Shown piece after piece: positions 17,094 to 26,019 of a stretch of 46,512 bases of DNA. A model generated the notes under the pieces. The model ran no database searches. It saw nothing but the letters and a program-made list of their open reading frames with translations, and was not told the origin of the DNA. Location: NCBI GenBank assembly GCA_028286825.1, contig JAQBQV010000005.1, positions 1 through 46,512 on the forward strand, given 5' to 3'. Numbering within the stretch: the stretch's first letter is position 1; each line of letters opens with the position of its first letter. The position numbers were made by a program, and so were the translations under genes. This stretch comes from Parcubacteria group bacterium. Lineage in GTDB: Bacteria; Patescibacteriota; Minisyncoccia; Phycocordibacterales; Phycocordibacteraceae.

Positions 17094-17122
17094 AACAAAA
17101 GCCGCCCAAAGCGGCTTTTGTT
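17094..17122 (+). terminator. Intrinsic terminator
   Basis: AACAAAAGCCGC-ccaaa-GCGGCTTTTGTT. Confidence 0.8.
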
Positions 17123-17233
17123 ATTTCTGAACGAATGCCGTCATGCCTATCCTCCATAGACATTAGAATGCTGACGCTAACGTACCATTCAGAAAAGTAG
17201 GTGCAAAACCGAATGCCTGTTATACTCCAGCTT

Positions 17234-17368
17234 ATGGATACAAATGATACAGAAGTAAAGGTAGAAGTTACTGAGGGCGAAGTCCCTGAGTCGGGTGCCG
17301 CAGTAGAGACAGAAGTGGAGCCAGCTGCAGACGCAGTTGTAGAGACAGAAGAAGCGGAGACCGTTTAA
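17234..17368 (+). CDS. 44-aa acidic microprotein, paralog of 16930-17082
   Basis: Hand translation MDTNDTEVKVEVTEGEVPESGAAVETEVEPAADAVVETEEAETV*. TGTTATACT 7 nt upstream and its own terminator. Confidence 0.7.
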   Translation: MDTNDTEVKVEVTEGEVPESGAAVETEVEPAADAVVETEEAETV

Positions 17369-17380
17369 TAACCCGAATCG

Positions 17381-17408
17381 ACAAAAGCCGCCTAAAAGCG
17401 GCTTTTGT
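17381..17408 (+). terminator. Intrinsic terminator (near copy of 17094-17122)
   Basis: ACAAAAGCCGC-ctaaaa-GCGGCTTTTGT. Confidence 0.8.
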
Positions 17409-17532
17409 TATTTATGAAAGAATGTCACCTGCAGTTCGTCTGAGCTTGTAGGGAAGAAGAGTATATACTTAGCTGTATAGTGCGTGCTCCGCACACTTAC
17501 AAGCTCATGATTCCTTATCTTTATATCTATTT

Positions 17533-17826
17533 ATGTCATCAAACACCAAGGTCGGCTTAACGCTCGTAGTAGCGATCGTGCTTATCGGCATCGCGGCCTA
17601 CGTCTATACGCCTCAGGAGAGTGCGATTGATTCAGAGCTCGGTAACTCGGCGGAACAAACGACAACTACTACGACAACTACAACTGGGTCTAACGCGACA
17701 CCCTCAGATACAACCGACTCGGCTCTCCTTAAAGACTCAGCGGCGATTGATGCACAAATGTCTGCTCTCGATAAAGACAATACCAGTATGGCCCAAAGTG
17801 ATCAGGCAGTTACTCAGTCTTACTAA
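17533..17826 (+). CDS. Small membrane-anchored protein with a poly-Thr linker
   Basis: N-terminal TM helix, a Thr run and a short C-terminal amphipathic helix. Confidence 0.75.
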   Translation: MSSNTKVGLTLVVAIVLIGIAAYVYTPQESAIDSELGNSAEQTTTTTTTTTGSNATPSDTTDSALLKDSAAIDAQMSALDKDNTSMAQSDQAVTQSY

Positions 17827-17843
17827 TCTATTTTTACATTCCT

Positions 17844-18662
17844 ATGAAACGAATCATTTTGAGTCTCGTCGCGCTTATGGTTACTGTTTCAGTTGTGCCC
17901 CTCCCGGCTCTTGCTGAGACAAGCGATACGATAGCTGTTACTGGAGGACTCCGCGTGGGTAGTTCGAGCGCCAAGATTGGCGTAAAAGCATCAACTACCA
18001 TTGATATCACTCGCGCTAAGAGTCGTGCCGACGAAGAAATCAGTCGCCGAATCAAGAACCTGAGCGATCTTTCAGTTCGCATTAGTGAGATGAAGCGACT
18101 CACTGCCGAACAGAAAGCTAGTCTCTCTGCTTCGATCTCGGCACAGATAAGCGCCCTCACGACACTCAAGTCACAAATCGACGCAGAGACCGTACTTGAA
18201 ATCTTGAAAACGGAGATTCAGTCGATCTCCAGAGAATATCGGATCTATATGCTCGTCATGCCTCAGATCCATATTGCAGCTGCAGCTGATCGCATTCTGA
18301 CAGTAACGAGTGTTGGTGGGAATCTTGATACGCTTGCAACAAAGATAGAGGCGCGTTTAAACGCGACGACCACAGCAAGCACGAATGACCTCAAAGCGCT
18401 CGACACGGAGCTTCGTGCGAAAATGACTGAGGCTAAGTCGCTCGCACAGGCTGCCGTGACGGAAACAATACTGCTCAAGCCTGATAATGGTGATGCAAGC
18501 GTACAAGCCTCAAATAAGGTAGCGCTCGATGATGCGCGTGAAAAAATAAAGAATGCTACGACGGCTCTTAAGACAGCCGTTGCTGATCTTCATAAACTGA
18601 TGGCAGCGCTAAAGCTAAAGGGTTCTAGTGAACTCCACGCCTCGTCGACTGGTTCCCACTAA
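17844..18662 (+). CDS. Secreted helical/coiled-coil protein
   Basis: Signal peptide ending ALA, followed by long heptad-rich helices. Confidence 0.8.
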   Translation: MKRIILSLVALMVTVSVVPLPALAETSDTIAVTGGLRVGSSSAKIGVKASTTIDITRAKSRADEEISRRIKNLSDLSVRISEMKRLTAEQKASLSASISAQISALTTLKSQIDAETVLEILKTEIQSISREYRIYMLVMPQIHIAAAADRILTVTSVGGNLDTLATKIEARLNATTTASTNDLKALDTELRAKMTEAKSLAQAAVTETILLKPDNGDASVQASNKVALDDAREKIKNATTALKTAVADLHKLMAALKLKGSSELHASSTGSH

Positions 18663-18683
18663 AAACCTATATCTTTATAGGGC

Positions 18684-18710
18684 AACCCGGCGCCTTTGGC
18701 GCCGGGTTTT
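18684..18710 (+). terminator. Intrinsic terminator
   Basis: AACCCGGCGCC-ttt-GGCGCCGGGTTTT. Confidence 0.8.
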
Positions 18711-18733
18711 GCGTTCGGCGGTATACTAATCTC

Positions 18734-18973
18734 ATGCCTTACTTTGTCTACATTCTCGAATGCGACGACAGTTCTCTCTATACGGGGATTACGACCGATA
18801 TCGACCGTCGGTTTACTGAGCACAAGAGCGGCGTGGGTGGGCACTTCACTCGCTCAAGAGGTGTGAAGCGCGTTGTATATACCGAAGAGCTACCCGACCG
18901 TAGCTCAGCGCTTAAGCGTGAGGCATCGATCAAAAAGCTTACGCGGGCTGCGAAATTAGCTCTCATTTCTTAG
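18734..18973 (+). CDS. GIY-YIG nuclease family protein (UPF0213/YhbQ-like)
   Basis: FVYILECDDSSLYTGIT..RRFTEH and ALKREASIKKL. Confidence 0.92.
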   Translation: MPYFVYILECDDSSLYTGITTDIDRRFTEHKSGVGGHFTRSRGVKRVVYTEELPDRSSALKREASIKKLTRAAKLALIS

Positions 18974-19051
18974 TTACTTTAGAAGAGGCGCGGATCAGTT
19001 GCTTGCTAGTCGTTTTTTTACAGAACTGCCAGATGATACACTGTACGCACT

Positions 19052-20113
19052 ATGGCTCTTGCTAAACGTTTAGGGATTATTGGTGGAGCAACAGTCCTCG
19101 TTGTTGGCACTATTCTTCTCTTCTCCAACTTCTTCCCGACGGAATATCGCTCAGCACTCGCTGATGTTGCAGAAAAGATGATTCCACTCCCAAGTCTTGA
19201 TAGGGCAGACTACGATGCGCGCATGCTTCGGCTTGCTCATGTAAGCTCAACTACCGCAACGTCGACTAGGAGTATTGCGTCGACGACGCTGCGGAAGTGG
19301 CCGGTGCACAGCGTGTATCCAGATGCTGGCGCGATTCTTCCCTTTAAGCGCATCGTTGCCTATTACGGCAATTTTTATTCACGAGGTATGGGAGTGCTCG
19401 GCGAATATCCAACTGATCAGATGCTTGCGATGCTCGACACTGAAGTGAAGAAATGGACGGCGGCAGATCCAGGGACACCGGTTGTGCCGGCGATTCACTA
19501 TATCGCCGTGGTTGCTCAGGGCACCGCAGGGAGAGAGGGTAAATGGATTCTTCGCATGCCCGACGATCAGATCGATCACGCAATCGATCTGGCAGCGCGG
19601 ATCGGTGGCATCGTGATTTTGGATGTGCAGGTCGGGCAGAGCACGGTTCAGCACGAGATCCCTCTTCTGGAGAAATATTTAAAAATGCCGAACGTGCATC
19701 TTGGTCTCGATCCAGAATTCTCAATGAAAAACGGTGAACCACCTGGCTCGGTTATAGGCACCATGGACGCGAGCGATATTAACTTTACGGCACAATACCT
19801 AGCTAAACTTGTAACTGAGAACAAGCTTCCACCCAAAGTGCTCATTGTGCATCGCTTCACCGGAGACATGCTTACCAACTACAAGCAGATTCAACCGCTT
19901 CCACAGGTCCAAATTGTCGTCGATATGGACGGATACGGCTCGAAAGCAAAGAAGATTGGCACCTATACCCGGGTAGTGGCTCCACAGCCCGTTCAATTTA
20001 CGGGAGTAAAGCTTTTTTATAAAAACGATACTCGACCACCTGCAGATGGTCTCCTCTCCCCAAGTCAGTTACTCAACCTCACTCCGGCGCCGAGCTACAT
20101 TCAGTATCAATAA
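19052..20113 (+). CDS. Membrane-anchored conserved hypothetical protein (possible TIM-barrel/glycoside hydrolase-like)
   Basis: N-terminal TM helix and a Thr/Ser linker; RIVAYYG, LDVQVG, HLGLDPEF, DMDGYG and GVKLFY. Confidence 0.7.
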   Translation: MALAKRLGIIGGATVLVVGTILLFSNFFPTEYRSALADVAEKMIPLPSLDRADYDARMLRLAHVSSTTATSTRSIASTTLRKWPVHSVYPDAGAILPFKRIVAYYGNFYSRGMGVLGEYPTDQMLAMLDTEVKKWTAADPGTPVVPAIHYIAVVAQGTAGREGKWILRMPDDQIDHAIDLAARIGGIVILDVQVGQSTVQHEIPLLEKYLKMPNVHLGLDPEFSMKNGEPPGSVIGTMDASDINFTAQYLAKLVTENKLPPKVLIVHRFTGDMLTNYKQIQPLPQVQIVVDMDGYGSKAKKIGTYTRVVAPQPVQFTGVKLFYKNDTRPPADGLLSPSQLLNLTPAPSYIQYQ

Positions 20114-20114
20114 A

Positions 20115-20136
20115 AGAGCCCCGATTTCGGGGCTCT
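20115..20136. terminator. Hairpin between convergent genes
   Basis: AGAGCCCCGA-tt-TCGGGGCTCT. Confidence 0.7.
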
Positions 20137-20160
20137 AGTGTTCTTATTTTGTGCGTCATC

Positions 20161-20568
20161 TCAGAATCGCCATCGATACGCGAGCATCGGGACGCGCGCG
20201 CCGGTGAAGCTGTTGTTTGCGAATGACACATACAGGCTATTTGTATCATCGACATGGTATTCAAATCCGGCACCGCGAATGAATTCGATCTCGCGGACTT
20301 GGCCGAAACCGACTTGTTCGGAGAACATGAGCATTCGCGTCGCCCTGTTCCAGGTTGCCGAGTAGCCGGAGTTTGCGATAAGCACGTGCACGCGACTCGC
20401 CGATGTCGGAGTGCTCGCACTTTTTGGTATTTCCGAGATAAACCCCTTGACGGGGCTGTAGTGAATCCTCAGACTTGTTGGCGGAAATGCAGAATCGACA
20501 TCACGATTGTCTGCGAGTGCCGAAGCGGAGAGGAGGAAAGAGAGAAGAACAAGAACAAGGTAAGGCAT
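20161..20568 (-). CDS. Secreted hypothetical protein, possibly beta-barrel-like
   Basis: GAAGGA SD, a signal peptide ending ALA, beta-strand-like segments and a C-terminal aromatic YRWRF. Confidence 0.6.
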   Translation of the reverse strand: MPYLVLVLLSFLLSASALADNRDVDSAFPPTSLRIHYSPVKGFISEIPKSASTPTSASRVHVLIANSGYSATWNRATRMLMFSEQVGFGQVREIEFIRGAGFEYHVDDTNSLYVSFANNSFTGARVPMLAYRWRF

Positions 20569-20657
20569 ATAATTCCTTCGCTGTTTTGGAACAGGTGACC
20601 AAAAGGGAATATAGCACCCCGGTTACAAAAGTCTACGACCGCGCATTAGCACGGCCG

Positions 20658-21131
20658 TTACTCTTCAGCGAACGGAAAGAACTCAATATGGTCAAAGTCC
20701 TTGGCTCGATCTTTGTAATACACATTCGCTCTGAACTTATCGCCTCGTGCAGCTCTCGGCAGCCAGTGACGATCTGACTCATACGTCCGCTCAAATGTGG
20801 AGTCATTGATAGGGTACCAGCCGGGAATCATGTCAGCGGTTTCGTGAAGCTCACCTGACAAAAAAGCTGCGCGATAGGTGTGTACACGAAAATCGATCTC
20901 GTCTTCGGCATAGAAGTCGATAATCGCGACGAGTTCAAGAGACGATGGATCAAGCTCGATCTCCAGCTCTTCTCTTGTCTCACGGATAAGGCATTCCGCC
21001 AGAGTCTCACCGAGCTCCAGTTTGCCGCCGGGACCAGAGAGCACTCCGGTACCGATCTCACCCCGCTTCTTTTCGCCTAGAAGCAGTTCATTTTTATCGT
21101 TTGTAATAATACCAAGTGTGGCTATTTTCAT
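20658..21131 (-). CDS. NUDIX hydrolase (MutT/MTH1-like 8-oxo-dGTPase)
   Basis: Nudix box GGKLELGETLAECLIRETREE; LLGEKKRG and SDRHWLP. Confidence 0.9.
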   Translation of the reverse strand: MKIATLGIITNDKNELLLGEKKRGEIGTGVLSGPGGKLELGETLAECLIRETREELEIELDPSSLELVAIIDFYAEDEIDFRVHTYRAAFLSGELHETADMIPGWYPINDSTFERTYESDRHWLPRAARGDKFRANVYYKDRAKDFDHIEFFPFAEE

Positions 21132-21181
21132 ACATTCTTCTCCCGTTGTGGTTTACATCAGTATGGTATCATTTCCTCCAT

Positions 21182-21904
21182 ATGAACAATACCGATACAA
21201 ATAAGTATTTTTTACCAGCGGCCGTCATTGTGGCCGGGCTTTTTATTGGAGGCGCAGTGCTTTGGAATGGTTCGCACGGATCTACCGCGACCGGTAACAC
21301 GGGAGCTGCTGCTCCTGAAGTTGATATTAAAAAGGTGAAGATGGATGGTAATCCGTACCTCGGTAAAGCTGACGCTCCCGTCACGATTGCTTTCTGGAGC
21401 GACTTCCAGTGCCCTTACTGCAAAGCCTTCGAGACAGGTGGCGTAGAGGGAATCACCACCCCAGCCGCGCTTCCTGAGATCATCAAGAATTATGTTGATC
21501 AGGGTAAGGTCAAAGTTGTCTTTATGGACTTTACGTTCCTTGGACAGGATTCAATAGCAGCAGCGCTGTATGGCCGCTCAGTATGGAAACTCTATCCGAA
21601 CCAGTATTTTGCGTGGCGCACCGCAATGTACACGGCGCAAGATGCTGAAGGTGACCAGGGCTTCGGCGACACCGCTTCGATCGATAAGCTGAACGCAACG
21701 ATACCAGGACTCGATGCCGCTAAAATCGCCGCTGATGTGAAGGCGAACACAGCAGCATACCAGGCAATGGTTGATTCTGATCGCGCTGAGGCAGGCAAGG
21801 CAGGCGTGAGTGCAACGCCGTCCTTCGTGCTTGGTAAGCAGGTAATCGCAGGGGCGTATCCATACGCCACCTTCCAAGCAGCGATCGACTCGCTCTTAAA
21901 GTAA
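21182..21904 (+). CDS. DsbA-family thiol-disulfide oxidoreductase
   Basis: TM anchor, G-x-x-DAPVTI, SDFQCPYC, GVSATPSF and GAYPY. Confidence 0.92.
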   Translation: MNNTDTNKYFLPAAVIVAGLFIGGAVLWNGSHGSTATGNTGAAAPEVDIKKVKMDGNPYLGKADAPVTIAFWSDFQCPYCKAFETGGVEGITTPAALPEIIKNYVDQGKVKVVFMDFTFLGQDSIAAALYGRSVWKLYPNQYFAWRTAMYTAQDAEGDQGFGDTASIDKLNATIPGLDAAKIAADVKANTAAYQAMVDSDRAEAGKAGVSATPSFVLGKQVIAGAYPYATFQAAIDSLLK

Positions 21905-21915
21905 GTTAATAGTAA

Positions 21916-21950
21916 AGCAAAACGCCCCGCTATAGGAGGGGCGTTTTGCT
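21916..21950 (+). terminator. Intrinsic terminator
   Basis: AGCAAAACGCCCC...GGGGCGTTTTGCT. Confidence 0.75.
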
Positions 21951-21961
21951 ATTATAGGGGT

Positions 21962-22408
21962 ATGCAAATTAAGGAACTCGGCCATATTGTGCTCTATGTC
22001 ACTGACCTTACTCGTATGGCTGACTTTTACGAAAAGACACTCGGCTTTACGCAGATTGCACGGCAGTGGCCGACCGCGCTCTTTTCAAGCGGCCGCACCC
22101 ACCACGAGCTACTCTTGATCGAAGTGGGCGGCGAGCCCAAGAGCGCGGCACAAATGCACGAGATGCGGGCAGGGCTCTACCACATTGGTTTTAAAATTGG
22201 CGATGGCCCTGAAGCAGCAAAGGTTACGTATGCCGAACTTATGGAAAAGGGTGTGAAAATCATTGGAACTACCGATCACGGTGTAACTCATAGTATTTAT
22301 ATTCTTGACCCAGACGGGAACGAGCTCGAACTATATGCAGATGTGAGTGATGAGTGGAAGAAAGATCCGAAAGCTATTTTAGCTGCGCCGAAACCTCTAA
22401 GACTCTAA
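21962..22408 (+). CDS. VOC / glyoxalase family protein
   Basis: LGHIVLYVTDL, HHEL, GLYHIGF and SIYILDPDGNELELY. Confidence 0.92.
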   Translation: MQIKELGHIVLYVTDLTRMADFYEKTLGFTQIARQWPTALFSSGRTHHELLLIEVGGEPKSAAQMHEMRAGLYHIGFKIGDGPEAAKVTYAELMEKGVKIIGTTDHGVTHSIYILDPDGNELELYADVSDEWKKDPKAILAAPKPLRL

Positions 22409-22426
22409 AGGAGTTCTTATAGAAGT

Positions 22427-23026
22427 ATGAGAAAGCTCCTTAGTCGAGCATTCGTGCTCTGGCTTCCGTTCGTAATTGCCATTACGGGCGTATTTGGTTT
22501 TGCCTATGTTGCAGTGCAACAGAACTATCGCCAGTCATTGAATGATCCGCAAATACAAATGGCAGAAGATGCAGCGATCTCGCTCGCTCGCGAGTACTTG
22601 CCCGCAAATATTCTTCCTCGAAACACACCTCCAATCGATATGCGTACCAGCCTTGCGACGTGGATCACTGTGTACGACGCGTCAGGTACCCCGCTTGAAT
22701 CCTCGGCAACGCTTGATGGCGTTCCGCCACGTTTACCTCCGGGGCTTTTTGACACCCGTACTTGGACGACCTTGAAGACTCTTGCTGCACCCACTGGTCC
22801 AGAAACGCGCGTAACCTGGCAGCCACGCCCGGACGTACGACAAGCCGTTGTTCTCGTGCAATTTAAGAAGCCAGATGGGGTAGGGTATGTGGCAGTCGGC
22901 CGCTCAATGCGTATTACCGAAGATCGCGTCATAGACCTTACTCAAAACGCCGCTCTCGCCTGGTGCGTAACCGTTCTTGCTACTTTCGTAGCGATTTTTC
23001 TTGTTCTTGCTCTCGGTTGGTTGTAA
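22427..23026 (+). CDS. 2-TM membrane protein with a sensor-like (PAS/Cache-like) extracytoplasmic domain
   Basis: TM-domain-TM layout with VYDASG and YVAVGRS; no cytoplasmic output domain. Confidence 0.7.
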   Translation: MRKLLSRAFVLWLPFVIAITGVFGFAYVAVQQNYRQSLNDPQIQMAEDAAISLAREYLPANILPRNTPPIDMRTSLATWITVYDASGTPLESSATLDGVPPRLPPGLFDTRTWTTLKTLAAPTGPETRVTWQPRPDVRQAVVLVQFKKPDGVGYVAVGRSMRITEDRVIDLTQNAALAWCVTVLATFVAIFLVLALGWL

Positions 23027-23125
23027 ACGTCCCAATTACTTCATTTGTATTTCAAATATGGGTACGGTATAGTAATAAGGGAAACGCGAATTGTTCGCGT
23101 TTGTACACTGATGAAAGGAGTTTGC

Positions 23126-23827
23126 ATGGATATGTTTCCAATGAGGTGGGAACCGACAACACATCGGTTTCTTAGGCCCACTGTTGTGGATTTTGCCGCC
23201 GTTCCCGAGATCGCGCGTGAACAAACGCAAAACCTGCTCTGTCGTCTGGGGGACGATGCTCGATGGGTAGCACAACCCATTGCGCACTCTATCGAACACA
23301 CGAAGTTTGACGGCAATCGCTTTGACTTGCTGGTCGCCATGAATTTCGAGTCACCCCATAACTTCTCGCGCACTGGCTGGGTACATGGTCTCGAGGAGCT
23401 AGCTGAAAAATATCCGCTTGTTCCGAGCATTCTCTGGGACACGATTGCGACAATGGGATTGCGACCGAACGCAGATCAGGAAGAGGCCATCCCAAACTTG
23501 GGCGGCATTCTACGCCATCCTTGGAGCCTTTCGGATGCCGCGCTTCACGGAGCGGCAAAAACGACAGCGCTCTGGCTCGACATCTGCTCGACACTTCAGC
23601 GGCGATCGGGTCGGTATCCAGAACATGACTGTGGTTGCTCGCATATCTTTCGTGAGCTGAGAGGGGGCGCACAACTCCCTCAGGCCTCGGAAGATCGCGT
23701 GCCACATCTGCAGAAAGCATGGTGGGAGCATTTTCTGTCCGAATTGGCATTGATTCACGTTTTCGGATTTCCGTTTGCTCTCCATCAGAGCTTGAAGACG
23801 TATGAAGGAACGTTGATTCCTGCGTGA
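23126..23827 (+). CDS. Hypothetical protein
   Basis: AAAGGAG SD before ATG 23126, a long open frame with HDCGCSH, and a terminator hairpin at about 23842-23875. Confidence 0.6.
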   Translation: MDMFPMRWEPTTHRFLRPTVVDFAAVPEIAREQTQNLLCRLGDDARWVAQPIAHSIEHTKFDGNRFDLLVAMNFESPHNFSRTGWVHGLEELAEKYPLVPSILWDTIATMGLRPNADQEEAIPNLGGILRHPWSLSDAALHGAAKTTALWLDICSTLQRRSGRYPEHDCGCSHIFRELRGGAQLPQASEDRVPHLQKAWWEHFLSELALIHVFGFPFALHQSLKTYEGTLIPA

Positions 23828-23892
23828 GATCGTCCGCGGACAGAAGGTACGCTGCATCCGGCGTGCCTTCTTTTTATTCTTAATTTGCTGAT

Positions 23893-24261
23893 ATGACTAT
23901 CATTCTTATCGTTCTTGCTACAGCCGGCGTATCGCTATTATGGCGTACCTATCGCTATGACTCTGAGAATAGCTTTAACGTCGTTCTTGATGCGTGGCCA
24001 TTTTGGATCAGAAAGCCCCTTACCTGCGGGCTCTGCTTTACGTTTTGGATAGCGCTGATCGTCTCTGGTATATTCTCGCCTTTCACTCACTTAATAGGAG
24101 ATTTGCCCTATCGTGTAGAGCCAGAGTATTGGACTGCTCAGATCGTCGCATTTCTTGTCGGGTGGCTGGCACTCGGAACGCTTTCCGTATTTGTTCTATA
24201 TCTCATCGATACTCTTTTCCAAATTTCTCACTACTTCAAGCACGCAGCACACTCTAAGTAG
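23893..24261 (+). CDS. Membrane protein with a CxxC motif (DUF1360-like)
   Basis: KPLTCGLCFTFW within a three-TM protein. Confidence 0.6.
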   Translation: MTIILIVLATAGVSLLWRTYRYDSENSFNVVLDAWPFWIRKPLTCGLCFTFWIALIVSGIFSPFTHLIGDLPYRVEPEYWTAQIVAFLVGWLALGTLSVFVLYLIDTLFQISHYFKHAAHSK

Positions 24262-24262
24262 A

Positions 24263-24281
24263 TGGAAAATAATTATTGCAA
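24263..24281. promoter_or_regulatory. Putative Fur/Zur-family operator
   Basis: AT-rich palindrome AATAATTATT (24268-24277) upstream of TATAAT (24294-24299) and the Fur-family gene. Confidence 0.45.
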
Positions 24282-24310
24282 GTTATTCGCGTCTATAATA
24301 AAGTAAAGGA

Positions 24311-24739
24311 ATGTCAGCACAGATGAATGATAGCGTCGAGTTTGCGCGACTGTTGCGCGAGCATGGGTTCCGCGCTACATTCGGGCGCGTTGCGTTACTC
24401 ACTGCGCTCCAGAAGGCTAAGAAGCCCGTGACGGTTGAATATGTAGTTAAAAATCTAAAAGGGAAAATCGATCAGGCGAATGCCTATCGTGCGGTTGAGG
24501 CACTTGAGAAGAAGGGGCTCGTGCGTCGTATTGATCTTGGGCACGATCACGCCCATTATGAGCTTGCTACAGGAAAACATCATCATCACCTCGTGTGTGA
24601 CTCGTGCGGTAAGATTGCTGATGTGGAGATTGCAGAACAAAAAATGGAGCGTGCTGCGCTTCGTGCCGCACGCGAATTCAAGAGTATCCGCACACATTCA
24701 CTTGAATTTTTTGGTACTTGCCAAGCATGTACTGTCTAA
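24311..24739 (+). CDS. Fur-family transcriptional regulator (likely Zur, from context)
   Basis: HHHHLVCDSCG and a C-terminal CQAC; directly upstream of a ZIP transporter. Confidence 0.92.
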   Translation: MSAQMNDSVEFARLLREHGFRATFGRVALLTALQKAKKPVTVEYVVKNLKGKIDQANAYRAVEALEKKGLVRRIDLGHDHAHYELATGKHHHHLVCDSCGKIADVEIAEQKMERAALRAAREFKSIRTHSLEFFGTCQACTV

Positions 24740-24749
24740 TTTAAAATCC

Positions 24750-25466
24750 ATGACCCTCATTCTCATCAGTCTGGCGGCGTTCATTGCCACATTCATCGGC
24801 GGATCCTTCGCATTGCGGTTTCGCGATAAACTCCATCTCATTCTCGGTTTTTCAGCAGGAGCAGTAGCGGGGGTGGCCCTCTTTGATCTTTTGCCCGAAG
24901 CGATCGAATTGGGAACGGCCTATCATTCTGCTTCGACTATTGCGCTTTTTGTTGCATTCGGTCTCTTCGGGTATCTGATTCTCGACAGGCTCATTCTTTT
25001 GCATACGCACGAGGAAGATAATGAAACGAATGCTCCGAGGGGATTCTTCGGAGCGCTTACGCTCTCCGCACACAGCTTCCTCGATGGTGTTGCTATCGGT
25101 GTCGGTTTTCAAGCGTCAGCAATGGTGGGTGTTGTGGTGACGGCAGCAGTCCTTACTCATGATTTTTCTGATGGTATTAATACGGTGAATCTCATATTGC
25201 GAAATGGAGGAAGCTGGAAGAGCGCCTTTCGCTGGCTTCTTATCGACGCATCCGCGCCGGTACTCGGCGTCGCTTCGACACTCTTCTTCCAGATCCCTGA
25301 CGCTGCTATTGGGCTTGTACTCGCTGTGTTTGTTGGGACATTCCTTTATCTATCGGCGAGCGATCTGATCCCGGAGAGCCATCACCGTCACCCACGCGCG
25401 CTCACAACCGGCATGACGCTCCTTGGTGCGTTGGCACTTTATATTGTTATCAATTTGGTACAATAG
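24750..25466 (+). CDS. ZIP-family divalent metal (zinc) transporter
   Basis: GFSAG, LLPEA, HSFLDGVAIG, HDFSDG and SDLIPESHH. Confidence 0.92.
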   Translation: MTLILISLAAFIATFIGGSFALRFRDKLHLILGFSAGAVAGVALFDLLPEAIELGTAYHSASTIALFVAFGLFGYLILDRLILLHTHEEDNETNAPRGFFGALTLSAHSFLDGVAIGVGFQASAMVGVVVTAAVLTHDFSDGINTVNLILRNGGSWKSAFRWLLIDASAPVLGVASTLFFQIPDAAIGLVLAVFVGTFLYLSASDLIPESHHRHPRALTTGMTLLGALALYIVINLVQ

Positions 25467-25472
25467 CCCTAT

Positions 25473-25808
25473 ATGAAATTACTCTTACATTGGTTTATCG
25501 GCGTGGTCGCAATTCTTATCGCTGCGTATATTGTGCCGGGTTCGAGTATCACTTTTGTAGCTGCATGTATTGCTGCGGTCGTTATTGGTGTATTGAATCT
25601 TTTTATTAAACCGATATTGCTCGTGCTTACGCTCCCTATCAACCTCATCACGCTGGGGCTATTCACGCTCGTAATCAATGCGCTTCTCGTGATGCTCGCG
25701 GCGGTTATTGTTCCTGGTTTTGGAATCGCGGGCTTCTGGACGGCGTTCCTCTTCGCCTTGGTGCTTGCTGTGGTGAACTGGGTCTTCAACTCGTGGGGTA
25801 AGGATTAA
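25473..25808 (+). CDS. YvlD/DUF360 ('phage holin family 4_2') membrane protein
   Basis: NLFIKPILLVLTLPINLITLGLFTLVINA signature. Confidence 0.9.
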   Translation: MKLLLHWFIGVVAILIAAYIVPGSSITFVAACIAAVVIGVLNLFIKPILLVLTLPINLITLGLFTLVINALLVMLAAVIVPGFGIAGFWTAFLFALVLAVVNWVFNSWGKD

Positions 25809-25809
25809 G

Positions 25810-26019
25810 ATGATCGATCCGGAGCTTTCCGCAAAGCTGGATGCTATTGAGGTGAAAGCCGAAATGGCCTATCAGGCTTCTGAGAAGGTACGCAAATATT
25901 TATTTTGGACAGGCGTCATTACGGCTGCTCTTGTGATACTGCCTGCTATTGGCCTAGTCTTTGCAATCCCAGCCTTTCTCAGCTCGTACGGCGCAACGTT
26001 GAACGGACTAGGGTATTAA
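25810..26019 (+). CDS. Small single-TM hypothetical protein
   Basis: AGGA SD, starts 1 nt after the upstream stop; coiled N-terminus followed by a TM helix. Confidence 0.7.
   Translation: MIDPELSAKLDAIEVKAEMAYQASEKVRKYLFWTGVITAALVILPAIGLVFAIPAFLSSYGATLNGLGY

Noticed and set aside
17659-17685. ACN triplet run as a contingency repeat
   Set aside because: Mixed synonymous Thr codons encode a linker; it is not a pure slippage tract.
18734-18973. Homing endonuclease or mobile intron
   Set aside because: It is a stand-alone 79-aa UPF0213-type GIY-YIG protein with its own promoter and no interrupted host gene.
25473-25808. Prophage suggested by the 'phage holin family' protein
   Set aside because: YvlD/DUF360 proteins are common chromosomal membrane proteins, and no phage genes are nearby.
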